Source: Candidatus Aminicenantales bacterium (GTDB lineage: Bacteria > Acidobacteriota > Aminicenantia > Aminicenantales > Saccharicenantaceae). Taken from it: DNA of 64,000 nucleotides. Below, piece by piece: positions 35,778 through 44,749 of this stretch (within the stretch, counting starts at the first letter, position 1; every line of letters starts with the position of its first letter). The position numbers and the translations under genes are program-made. The DNA lies in contig JBEKXF010000009.1 in NCBI GenBank assembly GCA_049512315.1, positions 1-64,000 of the forward strand, given 5' to 3'. The notes beneath the pieces are model-generated. The model had not been told where the DNA came from. It saw only the letters and a list, made by a program, of their open reading frames with translations, and searched no databases.

Positions 35778-36539
35778 TCATTCCCAGTCGAGAGCCAGGA
35801 TCTCTTCAAAGGGAAAAGACTCCGGCCGCCCGGGCCGGTCCAGCCGGAGGCGTCCCTCCGGGGTCAGGCCCCGGTAAACGCCGCGGATCTCGTCCCGGGC
35901 CGTGGCCATCCGGACCCGGGTCCCCGGGGAAAAGGCCATGCGGTCCTCGGCGCCCCGGATGATCTTGTCCCTCCCTCCCCGGATGAGCGAATTATACCAG
36001 GAGTCGAGGCTTTGGCAAAGGTGCGCCAGCAGCTCCCCGGCGTCCGCCGGCCGGCCCGTGACCAGGCGGACGGATGTCGCGAGAGCTCTCAGATCCTCGG
36101 GAAAATCGGCTTCCCCGTGGTTGACGTTGATGCCGATCCCGACGATGGCGTGGCCCGGAGCGCCGGCCCGGAAGACGCCTTCGGTCAGGATCCCGCCGAG
36201 CTTCTTCCGCTCATGAACAAGGTCGTTCGGCCACTTGAGAAGGGCCTCGAAGCCGGCGGATGCGAGGACGGCCTCTGCCGCGGCCAGCCCGGCCGCGAGC
36301 GGCAGGAGCGGGAACAACTCGCCGGGCCCCCCCGGCCCTTCCCAGCGGAGAATGAACGAGGCGTAGAGCCCGAGGCCGCGCGGCGAATGCCAGCTTCGCC
36401 CCTTGGTGCCCCGTCCGCGGCTCTGCTCCGCCGCGACCACGACCGTCCCGTGGGCCGCGCCGTCGCGGACGAGGTCCCGGGCCGCGTCGTTCGTCGAGGG
36501 CACGCTCTCGAGCCTGTGGATGATCGTCCCCAGAGTCAT
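35778..36539 (-). CDS. birA: biotin--protein ligase without DNA-binding HTH
   Basis: STND, EQ..GRG..GR.W.SP, KWPND, KLGGIL.E, GIGINV. Confidence 0.92.
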   Translation of the reverse strand: MTLGTIIHRLESVPSTNDAARDLVRDGAAHGTVVVAAEQSRGRGTKGRSWHSPRGLGLYASFILRWEGPGGPGELFPLLPLAAGLAAAEAVLASAGFEALLKWPNDLVHERKKLGGILTEGVFRAGAPGHAIVGIGINVNHGEADFPEDLRALATSVRLVTGRPADAGELLAHLCQSLDSWYNSLIRGGRDKIIRGAEDRMAFSPGTRVRMATARDEIRGVYRGLTPEGRLRLDRPGRPESFPFEEILALDWE

Positions 36540-36556
36540 GGTTCCGCCCGCCCGGC

Positions 36557-39193
36557 TCAGGCCACCGGGGAGAGATGGGCCAGGTTTTTTTCGACCTTGT
36601 CACGGCGTTCCCTGAACCCCTCGAGCCGGGCCCTGTTCTCGTCGACGACGGCCCGCGGCGCCTTGGAGACGAAGTCCGCGTTCCCGAGCTTCTGCTCGAG
36701 CTTGGCGATGTCCGCCCGGATCTTCTGGAGCTCCCTTTCGAGTCGCTCTTTCTCCTGGGCCAGGTCGGCCGTCTCGTCGAGAGGGATAGCCAGCTCAAAG
36801 GGGCCGGCGACGCCTTTCAGGATCCTTTTTCCGGCCGGGACGGCGGCCGCGAGCTCGAGCTTCGAGATCCCGGCCAGCGCCTTGACGGAGGAGGCCTCAG
36901 CGGTCAGCGCCCGCGTCCCGGCTTCGCCCGGCGACTTGACCCAGAGCTCCAGCCTCGCTTTTGGCGGGATCTTGTTTTCGGTCCTGATCTTGCGGACCTC
37001 GACCACGACCTCCTGGAGGAGGGCCATGGTCTTTTCGGCCCCCTCGTCCCGCCATTCGTCGCGGGCCTCGGGGAAGGGGGCGACGGCGATTGATCGGCCG
37101 GCGCCGGGCAGGTGCTGCCAGATCTCCTCGGTGATGAACGGCATGAACGGGTGGAGGAGCCGCAGGATCCGGTCGAGGGTGTCGGCCAGGACGGCCTCCG
37201 TCGTCTTGTTGCCTTCCCGCAACCCGACCTTGGCCAGCTCGAGGTACCAGTCGCAGAACTCGTGCCAGATGAAGTGATAGAGGCTGTCCGCCGCCTCGTA
37301 GAACTTGTATTGCTCGAGGCTCCGCGTGACGGAATCCGTGACGGCCGCGAGCCGGCTCCGGATCCAGCGGTCGGCGAGGGTGAGCTCGCTCTCGCGGACC
37401 CCGGCTGTCCTATCCCCGAGGTTCATGAGGACGAAGCGCGAGGCGTTCCAGATCTTGTTGGCAAAGGCCTGGTAGCCGGCCATCCGTTCTTCGGACAGGG
37501 ACAGGTCCATGCCCGGGACGGCCAGGGCCGCCAGGGTGAAGCGAAGGGCGTCGGTCCCGTATTTTTCGATCATCTCCAGCGGGTCGATGATGTTGCCCTC
37601 GGACTTGCTCATCTTCCGGCGCTTCAGGTCCCGGACCAGGCCGTTGATGAAGACCTGCCGGAACGGGATTTGGCCCCGGAACTTGAGGCCCATCATGATC
37701 ATCCGGGCCACCCAGAAAAAGATGATGTCGAACCCGGTGGACATGAGGTCCGTGGGGTAGAACGTCCGGAGGTCCTCGGTCTCGTCCGGCCAGCCGAGGG
37801 TCCCGAATGGCCAGAGCGCGGACGAGAACCAGGTATCGAGGACGTCCTCGTCCTGGTCGACCGGCCCGCCGCAGTTCTCGCATTTCGCCGGCGCCTCCAT
37901 CGCGACCATCATGTGCTTGCAGTCCCGGCAGTACCAGGCCGGGATCCGGTGGCCCCACCAGAGCTGGCGCGAGATGCACCAGTCGTGGATGTTGTACATC
38001 CACTCGAAATAGGTCTTTGTCCAGTTGGCCGGGATGAATTGGATCTCGCCGCTCTCGACGACCCGGATGGCCTCGTCGGCCAGCGTCTTGATCCGGACGA
38101 ACCACTGCCAGGAAAGGTAGGGCTCGATGACGCTCTTGCAGCGGTAGCAGTGGCCGACGGCGTGGTCGTGGTCCTCGATCTTGACGAGAAGTCCCAGGCC
38201 GCGCAGCTTTTCGACGACCTTGGCCCGGCATTCGAATCGGTCGAGGCCCCGGAACTCCGGGCCGGCCGCCTCGGTCATCCTCCCCGAGCCGTCGATGACG
38301 ATGATCTGGTCGAGATGGTGGAGCTTTCCCAGCTCGAAGTCCACGGGGTCGTGGGCGGGCGTCACCTTGACCGCACCCGTCCCGAATTCCCGCTCCACGC
38401 GCTCGTCGGTGATGACCGGGATGAGACGGTTCTGGAGCGGCAGGAGGACCCGCTTCGCGTGGAGGTGCCGGAAGCGCTCGTCGTCCGGATGGACGGCCAC
38501 CGCCGTGTCGCCGAGCATGGTCTCGGGCCGGGTCGTGGCCACGACGACGGCTTCGTCCGACCCTTCGACCGGGTACTTGATGTACCAGAGCTTGCCGTGG
38601 AGGTCCCGGTGTTCGATCTCGATGTCCGAGAGCACGGTCTGACACCTCGGGCAGCGGTTGACAAGATAATAATCGCGGTAGATCAGGCCCTCGCCGTACA
38701 GGGACACGAAGACCTGCTTGACGGCCCGGGTGAACCCGGGGTCCATGGTGAAGCGCTCGCGCGACCAGTCGAGGGAGGCCCCGAGTCTCCTGAGCTGGCC
38801 GGTGATGGCGCCGCCGTATTTTTCCTTCCAGTCCCAGGCGATCCGGAGGAACTCGTCGCGGCCGATCTTTTCCCGGGTCAGGCCCTTCGCGGCCAGGCTC
38901 TGGTCGATGACGTTGTGGACCGCGATCGAGGCGTGGTCCGTGCCCGGGAGCCAGAGGCAGTTGTAGCCCTGCATCCGCTTCCAGCGGGTGATGACGTCGG
39001 GCAGGGTGAAGCAAAGGGCGTGGCCCATGTGGAGGATACCCGTGACGTTCGGCGGCGGGAGGACCATGGAGAACTTGGGCTTCGTGGATTTTGGGTCGGC
39101 GACGAACAGGCCCTCGTCCTCCCAAAACTTCGACCACTTTTCCTCGACGGGGTTGGGGTCGTAGGTTTTTTCGAGCTGTTTTTTCTCGTTCAT
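36557..39193 (-). CDS. valS: valine--tRNA ligase
   Basis: PPPNVTG.LHMGH, WCISRQLWWGH, KMSKS, C-terminal coiled coil. Start placed at ATG 39193. Confidence 0.97.
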   Translation of the reverse strand: MNEKKQLEKTYDPNPVEEKWSKFWEDEGLFVADPKSTKPKFSMVLPPPNVTGILHMGHALCFTLPDVITRWKRMQGYNCLWLPGTDHASIAVHNVIDQSLAAKGLTREKIGRDEFLRIAWDWKEKYGGAITGQLRRLGASLDWSRERFTMDPGFTRAVKQVFVSLYGEGLIYRDYYLVNRCPRCQTVLSDIEIEHRDLHGKLWYIKYPVEGSDEAVVVATTRPETMLGDTAVAVHPDDERFRHLHAKRVLLPLQNRLIPVITDERVEREFGTGAVKVTPAHDPVDFELGKLHHLDQIIVIDGSGRMTEAAGPEFRGLDRFECRAKVVEKLRGLGLLVKIEDHDHAVGHCYRCKSVIEPYLSWQWFVRIKTLADEAIRVVESGEIQFIPANWTKTYFEWMYNIHDWCISRQLWWGHRIPAWYCRDCKHMMVAMEAPAKCENCGGPVDQDEDVLDTWFSSALWPFGTLGWPDETEDLRTFYPTDLMSTGFDIIFFWVARMIMMGLKFRGQIPFRQVFINGLVRDLKRRKMSKSEGNIIDPLEMIEKYGTDALRFTLAALAVPGMDLSLSEERMAGYQAFANKIWNASRFVLMNLGDRTAGVRESELTLADRWIRSRLAAVTDSVTRSLEQYKFYEAADSLYHFIWHEFCDWYLELAKVGLREGNKTTEAVLADTLDRILRLLHPFMPFITEEIWQHLPGAGRSIAVAPFPEARDEWRDEGAEKTMALLQEVVVEVRKIRTENKIPPKARLELWVKSPGEAGTRALTAEASSVKALAGISKLELAAAVPAGKRILKGVAGPFELAIPLDETADLAQEKERLERELQKIRADIAKLEQKLGNADFVSKAPRAVVDENRARLEGFRERRDKVEKNLAHLSPVA

Positions 39194-39230
39194 GGGGTCA
39201 CCAGGTATCCGTTGGATCGTGCGGGGGACG

Positions 39231-39686
39231 TCACGTGGCGCTTTTCGTCTCCCCGCCATTCCCGGGCGGCCGCCGCTCAGGGATGACGGGCTCCTCGGGG
39301 AGGGTCGACGGCCAAACCTTTTTCTCGATGAGCTCCCGGACGGTAGCGGCCAACCGTTCCGAATCGAAAGGCTTCTGGAAGATCCCGTCGTAGTCCGCAG
39401 CGGCCAGCCTCGAAACATCCAGGCCCTCGAAAGTCCCCCGGAGGAAAACGAGGGGGACCCGCCGGAGGTCCTCCCGGCTCCTGAGAAGCCGGCCGACCTC
39501 GAAGGCGTCGCGGCCGGGAAGAGACAGGCTGAGGAGGACGGCGTCGGGCTGGATCCCGGCGATCGACTCGAGGAGGTCCGCGCCGTCCTCGAACGGGAAC
39601 AGCCGGAATTCTGGCTCCGGAAAGGCGAGCTGGACGGTCTTCTGGACCGAGGGGCTCGGGTCGGCCACGATGATCCTGTACGCCAC
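39231..39686 (-). CDS. atypical (pseudo-)receiver domain protein
   Basis: CheY-like fold pattern (IIVAD, PDAVLL..LPG.D, KPF) with Ser at the phospho-Asp position. Confidence 0.75.
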   Translation of the reverse strand: MAYRIIVADPSPSVQKTVQLAFPEPEFRLFPFEDGADLLESIAGIQPDAVLLSLSLPGRDAFEVGRLLRSREDLRRVPLVFLRGTFEGLDVSRLAAADYDGIFQKPFDSERLAATVRELIEKKVWPSTLPEEPVIPERRPPGNGGETKSAT

Positions 39687-39732
39687 GTCAATCCTCAGAA
39701 AATCTTCAGAAAGCCAAGGGAATAATCAATTT

Positions 39733-39761
39733 AATCTACCCTTTTCGACCCGGGCTGTCAA
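39733..39761 (-). promoter_or_regulatory. sigma70 promoter for the receiver-valS-birA-coaX-rnr operon
   Basis: Minus strand TTGACA, 17 nt, TAGATT. Confidence 0.6.
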
Positions 39762-39829
39762 TCCGGCCGGGGGCTTGACTCCCGGGGCCATATCTATATG
39801 ATTAAATGGATATTTATAAAGTGCCGTCC

Positions 39830-41167
39830 ATGGAGAACGAAGCCAAGAACAACCTGCTGCGCTCCTGGAAAGAGATCGCCTCCTACCTGGGCTACGACGA
39901 GCGGACCTGTTACAGGTGGGAGCAAAAGTTCGGCATGCCCGTCCACCGGGCCGAAGCGGGCGCCTCGAAATCCCACGTCATCGCCTACAAGGACGAGCTC
40001 GACCTTTGGTTCCAGGAAACGTTCAAGAATTCCAACCATCATGTTCCCACGAAGAAGGCGGGCCGCCCGGTCCTCCGGTGGGCCCTTTTCGGACTGGTCC
40101 CTGTCGCCGTAGTCGCCGCCTTCCTAATGATCAGGCCGGGCATAACCCCGGCGGCCCAACCGGCGGATTTCGCCATCAAGGGGTCGGCCCTGATCGTCCT
40201 GGGCGAAGATGGGAAGGAGCTCTGGCGCCACGACTTCAAGATCGACGGCCTGCAGGACGAGGCGTTCTACCGCGTCCGCTTCCAGGCCGCCGATGTAGCG
40301 GCCGGCGAGGCCCGCCTCCCCTCGCTCGTGATCAAGGACATCAACAGTGATGGCCGGAATGAGGTCCTCTTCGCCGTCCAGAAGCGCGACGACGCGTATG
40401 GGGAAGGCGACCTTTTCTGTTACAGCAGCACGGGGCGTGAGATCTGGCATTTTAAGGCCGGAAAAGAAATGGTCTTCGGCGGCCGGACTTTTTCGGCCGA
40501 CTACCGGATTCACGGTTTCAGCCTGCATGACTTCAAAGGGGACGGCCGCCAGGAGATCGCCGTCATTGCCGACCAATATCCCCAGTGGCCCTGCCAACTG
40601 GCCGTCCTCGATTGCGGCGGTAAGAAAATCGGGGAGTTCTGGAATTCCGGCTACCTGACCGACATCTGTTACCAGGACCTTGACGGTAACGGCCGGGACG
40701 AGATGGTCGTCTCGGGCGTCAACAACCAGTATGGGGGAGCCCTGATCATCTTTGATCCCGCGATAATCAACGGATGTTCGCCGCAGAGCGGGGAATTCAA
40801 GTCCGAGACCCTTCTTTCGGGTTCGGAAAAAGTTTACGTCCGGACCCCCCGGACAGACCTCAGCCTGGCCCGGGGCGATATCGTTGAGGGGATCCGGGAT
40901 ATCGGCGTCACCAGCAACAAGCTTATCTATGCGAACACTTTTTACAATCTGATCTACTACTTCGATTTCGGCCTCCGCTGCGTGAACGCGGATTGGGGAC
41001 ACGCTTTCATGATAAAACACAACGAGCTCGCGGCGGCGGGAAAAATCCACAGCGCTCTTGATGAGTCTTATCAAGAAACGATAAAAAGAGGCGTCCGCTA
41101 CTGGGACGGCCGGGCCTGGGTCGCCGAGCCCACACCGAACCACAAGAGCGCGGGCTCGACGAAATAG
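39830..41167 (+). CDS. putative membrane-anchored regulator: N-terminal HTH, one TM helix, FG-GAP/beta-propeller-like extracytoplasmic domain
   Basis: SWKEIASYLG...RTCYRWE...GMPVHR HTH; hydrophobic TM; repeats DINSDGRNEV, DFKGDGRQEI, DLDGNGRDEM. Start at 39806 or 39830. Confidence 0.75.
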   Translation: MENEAKNNLLRSWKEIASYLGYDERTCYRWEQKFGMPVHRAEAGASKSHVIAYKDELDLWFQETFKNSNHHVPTKKAGRPVLRWALFGLVPVAVVAAFLMIRPGITPAAQPADFAIKGSALIVLGEDGKELWRHDFKIDGLQDEAFYRVRFQAADVAAGEARLPSLVIKDINSDGRNEVLFAVQKRDDAYGEGDLFCYSSTGREIWHFKAGKEMVFGGRTFSADYRIHGFSLHDFKGDGRQEIAVIADQYPQWPCQLAVLDCGGKKIGEFWNSGYLTDICYQDLDGNGRDEMVVSGVNNQYGGALIIFDPAIINGCSPQSGEFKSETLLSGSEKVYVRTPRTDLSLARGDIVEGIRDIGVTSNKLIYANTFYNLIYYFDFGLRCVNADWGHAFMIKHNELAAAGKIHSALDESYQETIKRGVRYWDGRAWVAEPTPNHKSAGSTK

Positions 41168-41212
41168 TCCGGGCGACCCCTTTTATCCGTCCGCCGTTTC
41201 CGGCCCCGCCGT

Positions 41213-44200
41213 TCAATAATCCACCGAAACCGAATTCTCGCCGAGCAGGGCCTCGATCTTCTTGATGAGGGCCTCCGTCGGCGCGACCCTTTGGACCTCG
41301 GTGCTCCGGACGACAACCTTATAGGAGTGGGGCGTCTCGAGCTCGAAATAGACCGGGCACTTCCCCTCGTGCGCGTCGAGGATCGTCTTGAGCTCGGCCA
41401 GGGTGGCCTCCTCGAGGCCCGGGAGAAAGATCCGGACGACGACCTTTTTCGCCTGGGTCTCGAAAGCGTCCGCCAGCGGCATGGCCTGGCTCAAGCTGAT
41501 CCGCCGGCTCTCGCCCTCGCCCAGGTACTTGCCCTTGACTAGGACGAGCTGGCCTTCCCGCAGGTAGGCTCCGTGCTTGCTGAAGGCCTCCGGGAAGGCC
41601 ACGACCTCGATCCGGCCGGTCATGTCCTCGAGAACGAAGGTGGCCATCCGCTCGTCCTTCTTGGTCCGCAGCTGCTTGACCGTGGCGATGATCCCGGCGG
41701 CCCGGATCTCCTTATCGAAGTCGCGGTCGTCGTCGAGCTCGCCCAAGCTGTGGGAGACGAGCTTCGGCAGCCGGTCCTTGTACTGGGCCAGGGGGTGTCC
41801 GGTGATGTAAAACCCCAGGGAGTCCATCTCGTAGGAGAGGAAATGGGATTCGTCCCACTCGCTCATCTCCTGGACCTCCGGAGGGACGGGCGGATGCTCG
41901 ACCTCGCTGCCGCCGAAAAGGAGGTTTTGGCGGGCCACCTTGGCCTTCTGGACCTCGTGGCCGAACTCGATCATCCGGTCGAGCATGTGGTAGCACTGGG
42001 ACCGCTTCCAGCCCAGGGAATCGAAGGCGCCCGCCTTGATCAGGCTTTCGACCGCCTTCCGGTTGAGGACCTTCGAATCGTGGTCCTCAAAAAGGCTGAA
42101 CGGGGAGGGGAAACCGCCGACCTTCTTGCGGACGGCGAGCAGCTCCTCGACCGCCGCCTGGCCGACGTTCTTGACCGCCGCCAGGCCGAAGCGGATGTCC
42201 CCACCCTCGACCGTGAACGGGAACTCGCTCTTGTTGATGTCGGGCGGCAGGACCTTGATCCCCATGTCGTGGCACTCGCCGATGTACTTGACGACCTGGG
42301 GCGTCGCTCCCTTCTCGGCCTCGGAGGTCAGGAGGGCCGCCAGGAAATGGTGCGGGTAATGCGCCTTGAGGTAGGCCGTCTGGTAGGCCAGAAGGGCGTA
42401 GGCGGCGCTGTGCGATTTGTTGAAACCGTATTCGGCGAATTCCTTGATCTGTTCGAAGAGCTTGTCCGCCTTGGCCTGGCTGATCCCCTTCTTCTTGGCG
42501 CCCTGGACGAACTTCTGCTTCTGGGCCTTCATCGTCTCTTTGTCTTTTTTGCCCATGGCCTTGCGCAGGATGTCGGCCCCGGCCAGCGAGAACCCGGCCA
42601 GGTCGGTCGCGATCCGCATGACCTGCTCCTGATAAACGATGATCCCGCGCGTCTCCTTGAGGATGGGCTCGAGCTCGGGGAGCTCGTAGGCGATCCGGTC
42701 GGGATGGTTCTTGCGGTGGATGAACTCGTCGGTCATGCCGCTCTTCAGGGGCCCGGGCCGGTAGAGGGCGTTGAGGGCGATGAGGTCGCGGAACTGCTCG
42801 GGCTTGAAGTTGCGGAGGAGGTCCTTCATCCCCGGGCTTTCGAACTGGAAGACGCCGTCCGTGTTCCCCGCCTGAAAGACCTCGAACGTCCGGGGGTCGT
42901 TGAGGGGCAGGCTGTTGACGTCGATCTCGACGCCCGTGTCCTTCCGGATGAGGACCCGGGCGTCGTCGATGACGGTCAGGTTCCGGAGGCCGAGGAGGTC
43001 CATCTTGAGGAGGCCGATGGCCTCGACATCGCTCATCGCGTACTGGGTCGTGATCTCCCCCTTGACCGACTGGTAGAGGGGCAGGAACTCGACCAGGGGC
43101 CTGGGCGTGATGACGATGCCCGCGGCGTGGATCGATGGGTGGCGGACCTGGCCCTCGATCCCCTGGGCGATGGCCAGGAGCTGGGCGATCTTGGAGTTCT
43201 TGTCGCGGAGCTCGCGGAGCTCGGGCACGTTCTTCAGGGCCTCGGCGATCGTCGAGTCCGGGCCGAAGGGGATCATTTTCGCGATCCGGTCGACCTCGGG
43301 CAGGGGCACTTCGAGGACACGGCCGACGTCGCGGATGGCCCCCCGCGCAGCCATGGTCCCGAAGGTGATGATCTGGCAGACGTTCTCCTGGCCGTACTTC
43401 CGGGTCACGTACTCGATCATCTCGCCGCGGCGGCGGCCGCAGAAATCCATGTCGATGTCGGGCAGGCTGATCCGCTCGGGGTTGAGGAAGCGCTCGAAGA
43501 GGAGGTCGTACTCGAGGGGGTCGATCTCGGTGATCTCCAGGGCGTAGGCGAGGAGGCTGCCCGCCGCCGAGCCGCGGCCGGGCCCGACCGGGATTCCCTT
43601 TTCCCGGGCCGCCTTGAGCAAGTCCCAGACGATCAGGAAATAGCCCTCGAACCGCATCTGCTTGATGAGCTTGATCTCCCGCTTCAGCCGGTCTTCGTAC
43701 TCTTCGTCGCTTTGGGCGTGCTCGCCGTTCGTCGTCCGGGCGGCGCGCTTCTCCATCCTTTTCCGGAAGCCCTCCCAGGCGACCTCCTCGAAATACTCGC
43801 TCGGGGTCTTGCCTTCGGGCGGGGTGAAGTTCGGCAGGAAATACTGCTTGGAGGGGAACTCGAACTCGCAGCGGGCGGCGATCCGCCCCGTGTTCTGGAT
43901 GGCCTCGGGATAGTCCTTGAAGAGGGCGGCCATCTCGGCCGCAGACTTGAAATAGAACTGATCGGACGAGAACTTGAGGCGGTCGGGGTCGGAGACCTTC
44001 CTGTTCGTCTGGATGCAGACGAGGACGTCCTGGCTCTGGGCGTCCTCGCGGCGGGCGAAATGGATGTCGTTCGTGGCGACGAGCGGCAGGTCGAGCTTGC
44101 GGGCGAGGTCGACGAGGAGCGGATTGACGGCTTTCTGCTCGGCGAGGCCGTGGTCCTGGAGCTCGATATAGAAATCGCCCTTGGCGAAAATGGAGGCGTA

Positions 44201-44692
44201 TTCCCGGGCGGCGTCCTCGGCCTTCTCGGCGAACCCCCGGCTGAGCCAGGTGCTGAGCTCTCCCTTGAGGCAGCTCGACAGGCCGATCAGCCCTTCGGCG
44301 TGGGCGGCCAGGAGCTCCTTGTCGATCCGCGGACGATAGTAGAAGCCCTCGAGGTAGCTCTGGGTCAGGAGCCAGCAGAGGTTCCGGTAGCCCTTCTCGT
44401 TCCGGACGAGAAGGATGAGGTGGAAATGGTGGATGTCGTTCCCGGCCCCGGGCTTCTTGTCGAAGCGGCTCCCGGGGGCGACGTAGACCTCGCAGCCGAG
44501 GATGGGCTTAACCCCGCGGGCCTTGGCTTCCTTGAAGAACTGGACGGCGCCGAAGATATTGCCGTGGTCGGTGATGGCGACGGCCGGCATGTTGTTCGCG
44601 TAGGCGGCGTCGACGAGGTGCGCCACCTTCAGGCAGCCGTCGAGGATGCTGTACTCGGAGTGGTTGTGAAGGTGGACGAACGTCGGTTCCAT
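41213..44692 (-). CDS. dnaE: DNA polymerase III alpha subunit
   Basis: PHP domain FVHLHNHSEYS, GRGSAAGS, FERFLNPER..PDID, FNKSH, OB fold. Confidence 0.97.
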   Translation of the reverse strand: MEPTFVHLHNHSEYSILDGCLKVAHLVDAAYANNMPAVAITDHGNIFGAVQFFKEAKARGVKPILGCEVYVAPGSRFDKKPGAGNDIHHFHLILLVRNEKGYRNLCWLLTQSYLEGFYYRPRIDKELLAAHAEGLIGLSSCLKGELSTWLSRGFAEKAEDAAREYASIFAKGDFYIELQDHGLAEQKAVNPLLVDLARKLDLPLVATNDIHFARREDAQSQDVLVCIQTNRKVSDPDRLKFSSDQFYFKSAAEMAALFKDYPEAIQNTGRIAARCEFEFPSKQYFLPNFTPPEGKTPSEYFEEVAWEGFRKRMEKRAARTTNGEHAQSDEEYEDRLKREIKLIKQMRFEGYFLIVWDLLKAAREKGIPVGPGRGSAAGSLLAYALEITEIDPLEYDLLFERFLNPERISLPDIDMDFCGRRRGEMIEYVTRKYGQENVCQIITFGTMAARGAIRDVGRVLEVPLPEVDRIAKMIPFGPDSTIAEALKNVPELRELRDKNSKIAQLLAIAQGIEGQVRHPSIHAAGIVITPRPLVEFLPLYQSVKGEITTQYAMSDVEAIGLLKMDLLGLRNLTVIDDARVLIRKDTGVEIDVNSLPLNDPRTFEVFQAGNTDGVFQFESPGMKDLLRNFKPEQFRDLIALNALYRPGPLKSGMTDEFIHRKNHPDRIAYELPELEPILKETRGIIVYQEQVMRIATDLAGFSLAGADILRKAMGKKDKETMKAQKQKFVQGAKKKGISQAKADKLFEQIKEFAEYGFNKSHSAAYALLAYQTAYLKAHYPHHFLAALLTSEAEKGATPQVVKYIGECHDMGIKVLPPDINKSEFPFTVEGGDIRFGLAAVKNVGQAAVEELLAVRKKVGGFPSPFSLFEDHDSKVLNRKAVESLIKAGAFDSLGWKRSQCYHMLDRMIEFGHEVQKAKVARQNLLFGGSEVEHPPVPPEVQEMSEWDESHFLSYEMDSLGFYITGHPLAQYKDRLPKLVSHSLGELDDDRDFDKEIRAAGIIATVKQLRTKKDERMATFVLEDMTGRIEVVAFPEAFSKHGAYLREGQLVLVKGKYLGEGESRRISLSQAMPLADAFETQAKKVVVRIFLPGLEEATLAELKTILDAHEGKCPVYFELETPHSYKVVVRSTEVQRVAPTEALIKKIEALLGENSVSVDY

Positions 44693-44749
44693 TTTTTCCT
44701 TTCCCTATCCCGAAAAAAGTGTCTCTCGGGGCTCAGAGCGACCGGCGGG

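Noticed and set aside
36557..39691. 1044-aa extended valS ORF suggesting an N-terminal fusion
   Set aside because: The extension is low-complexity translation of a frame overlapping the receiver-domain gene; ValS homology begins at ATG 39193.
41213..44692. Intein in dnaE
   Set aside because: Normal length (1159 aa) with continuous motifs; no inserted splicing domain seen.
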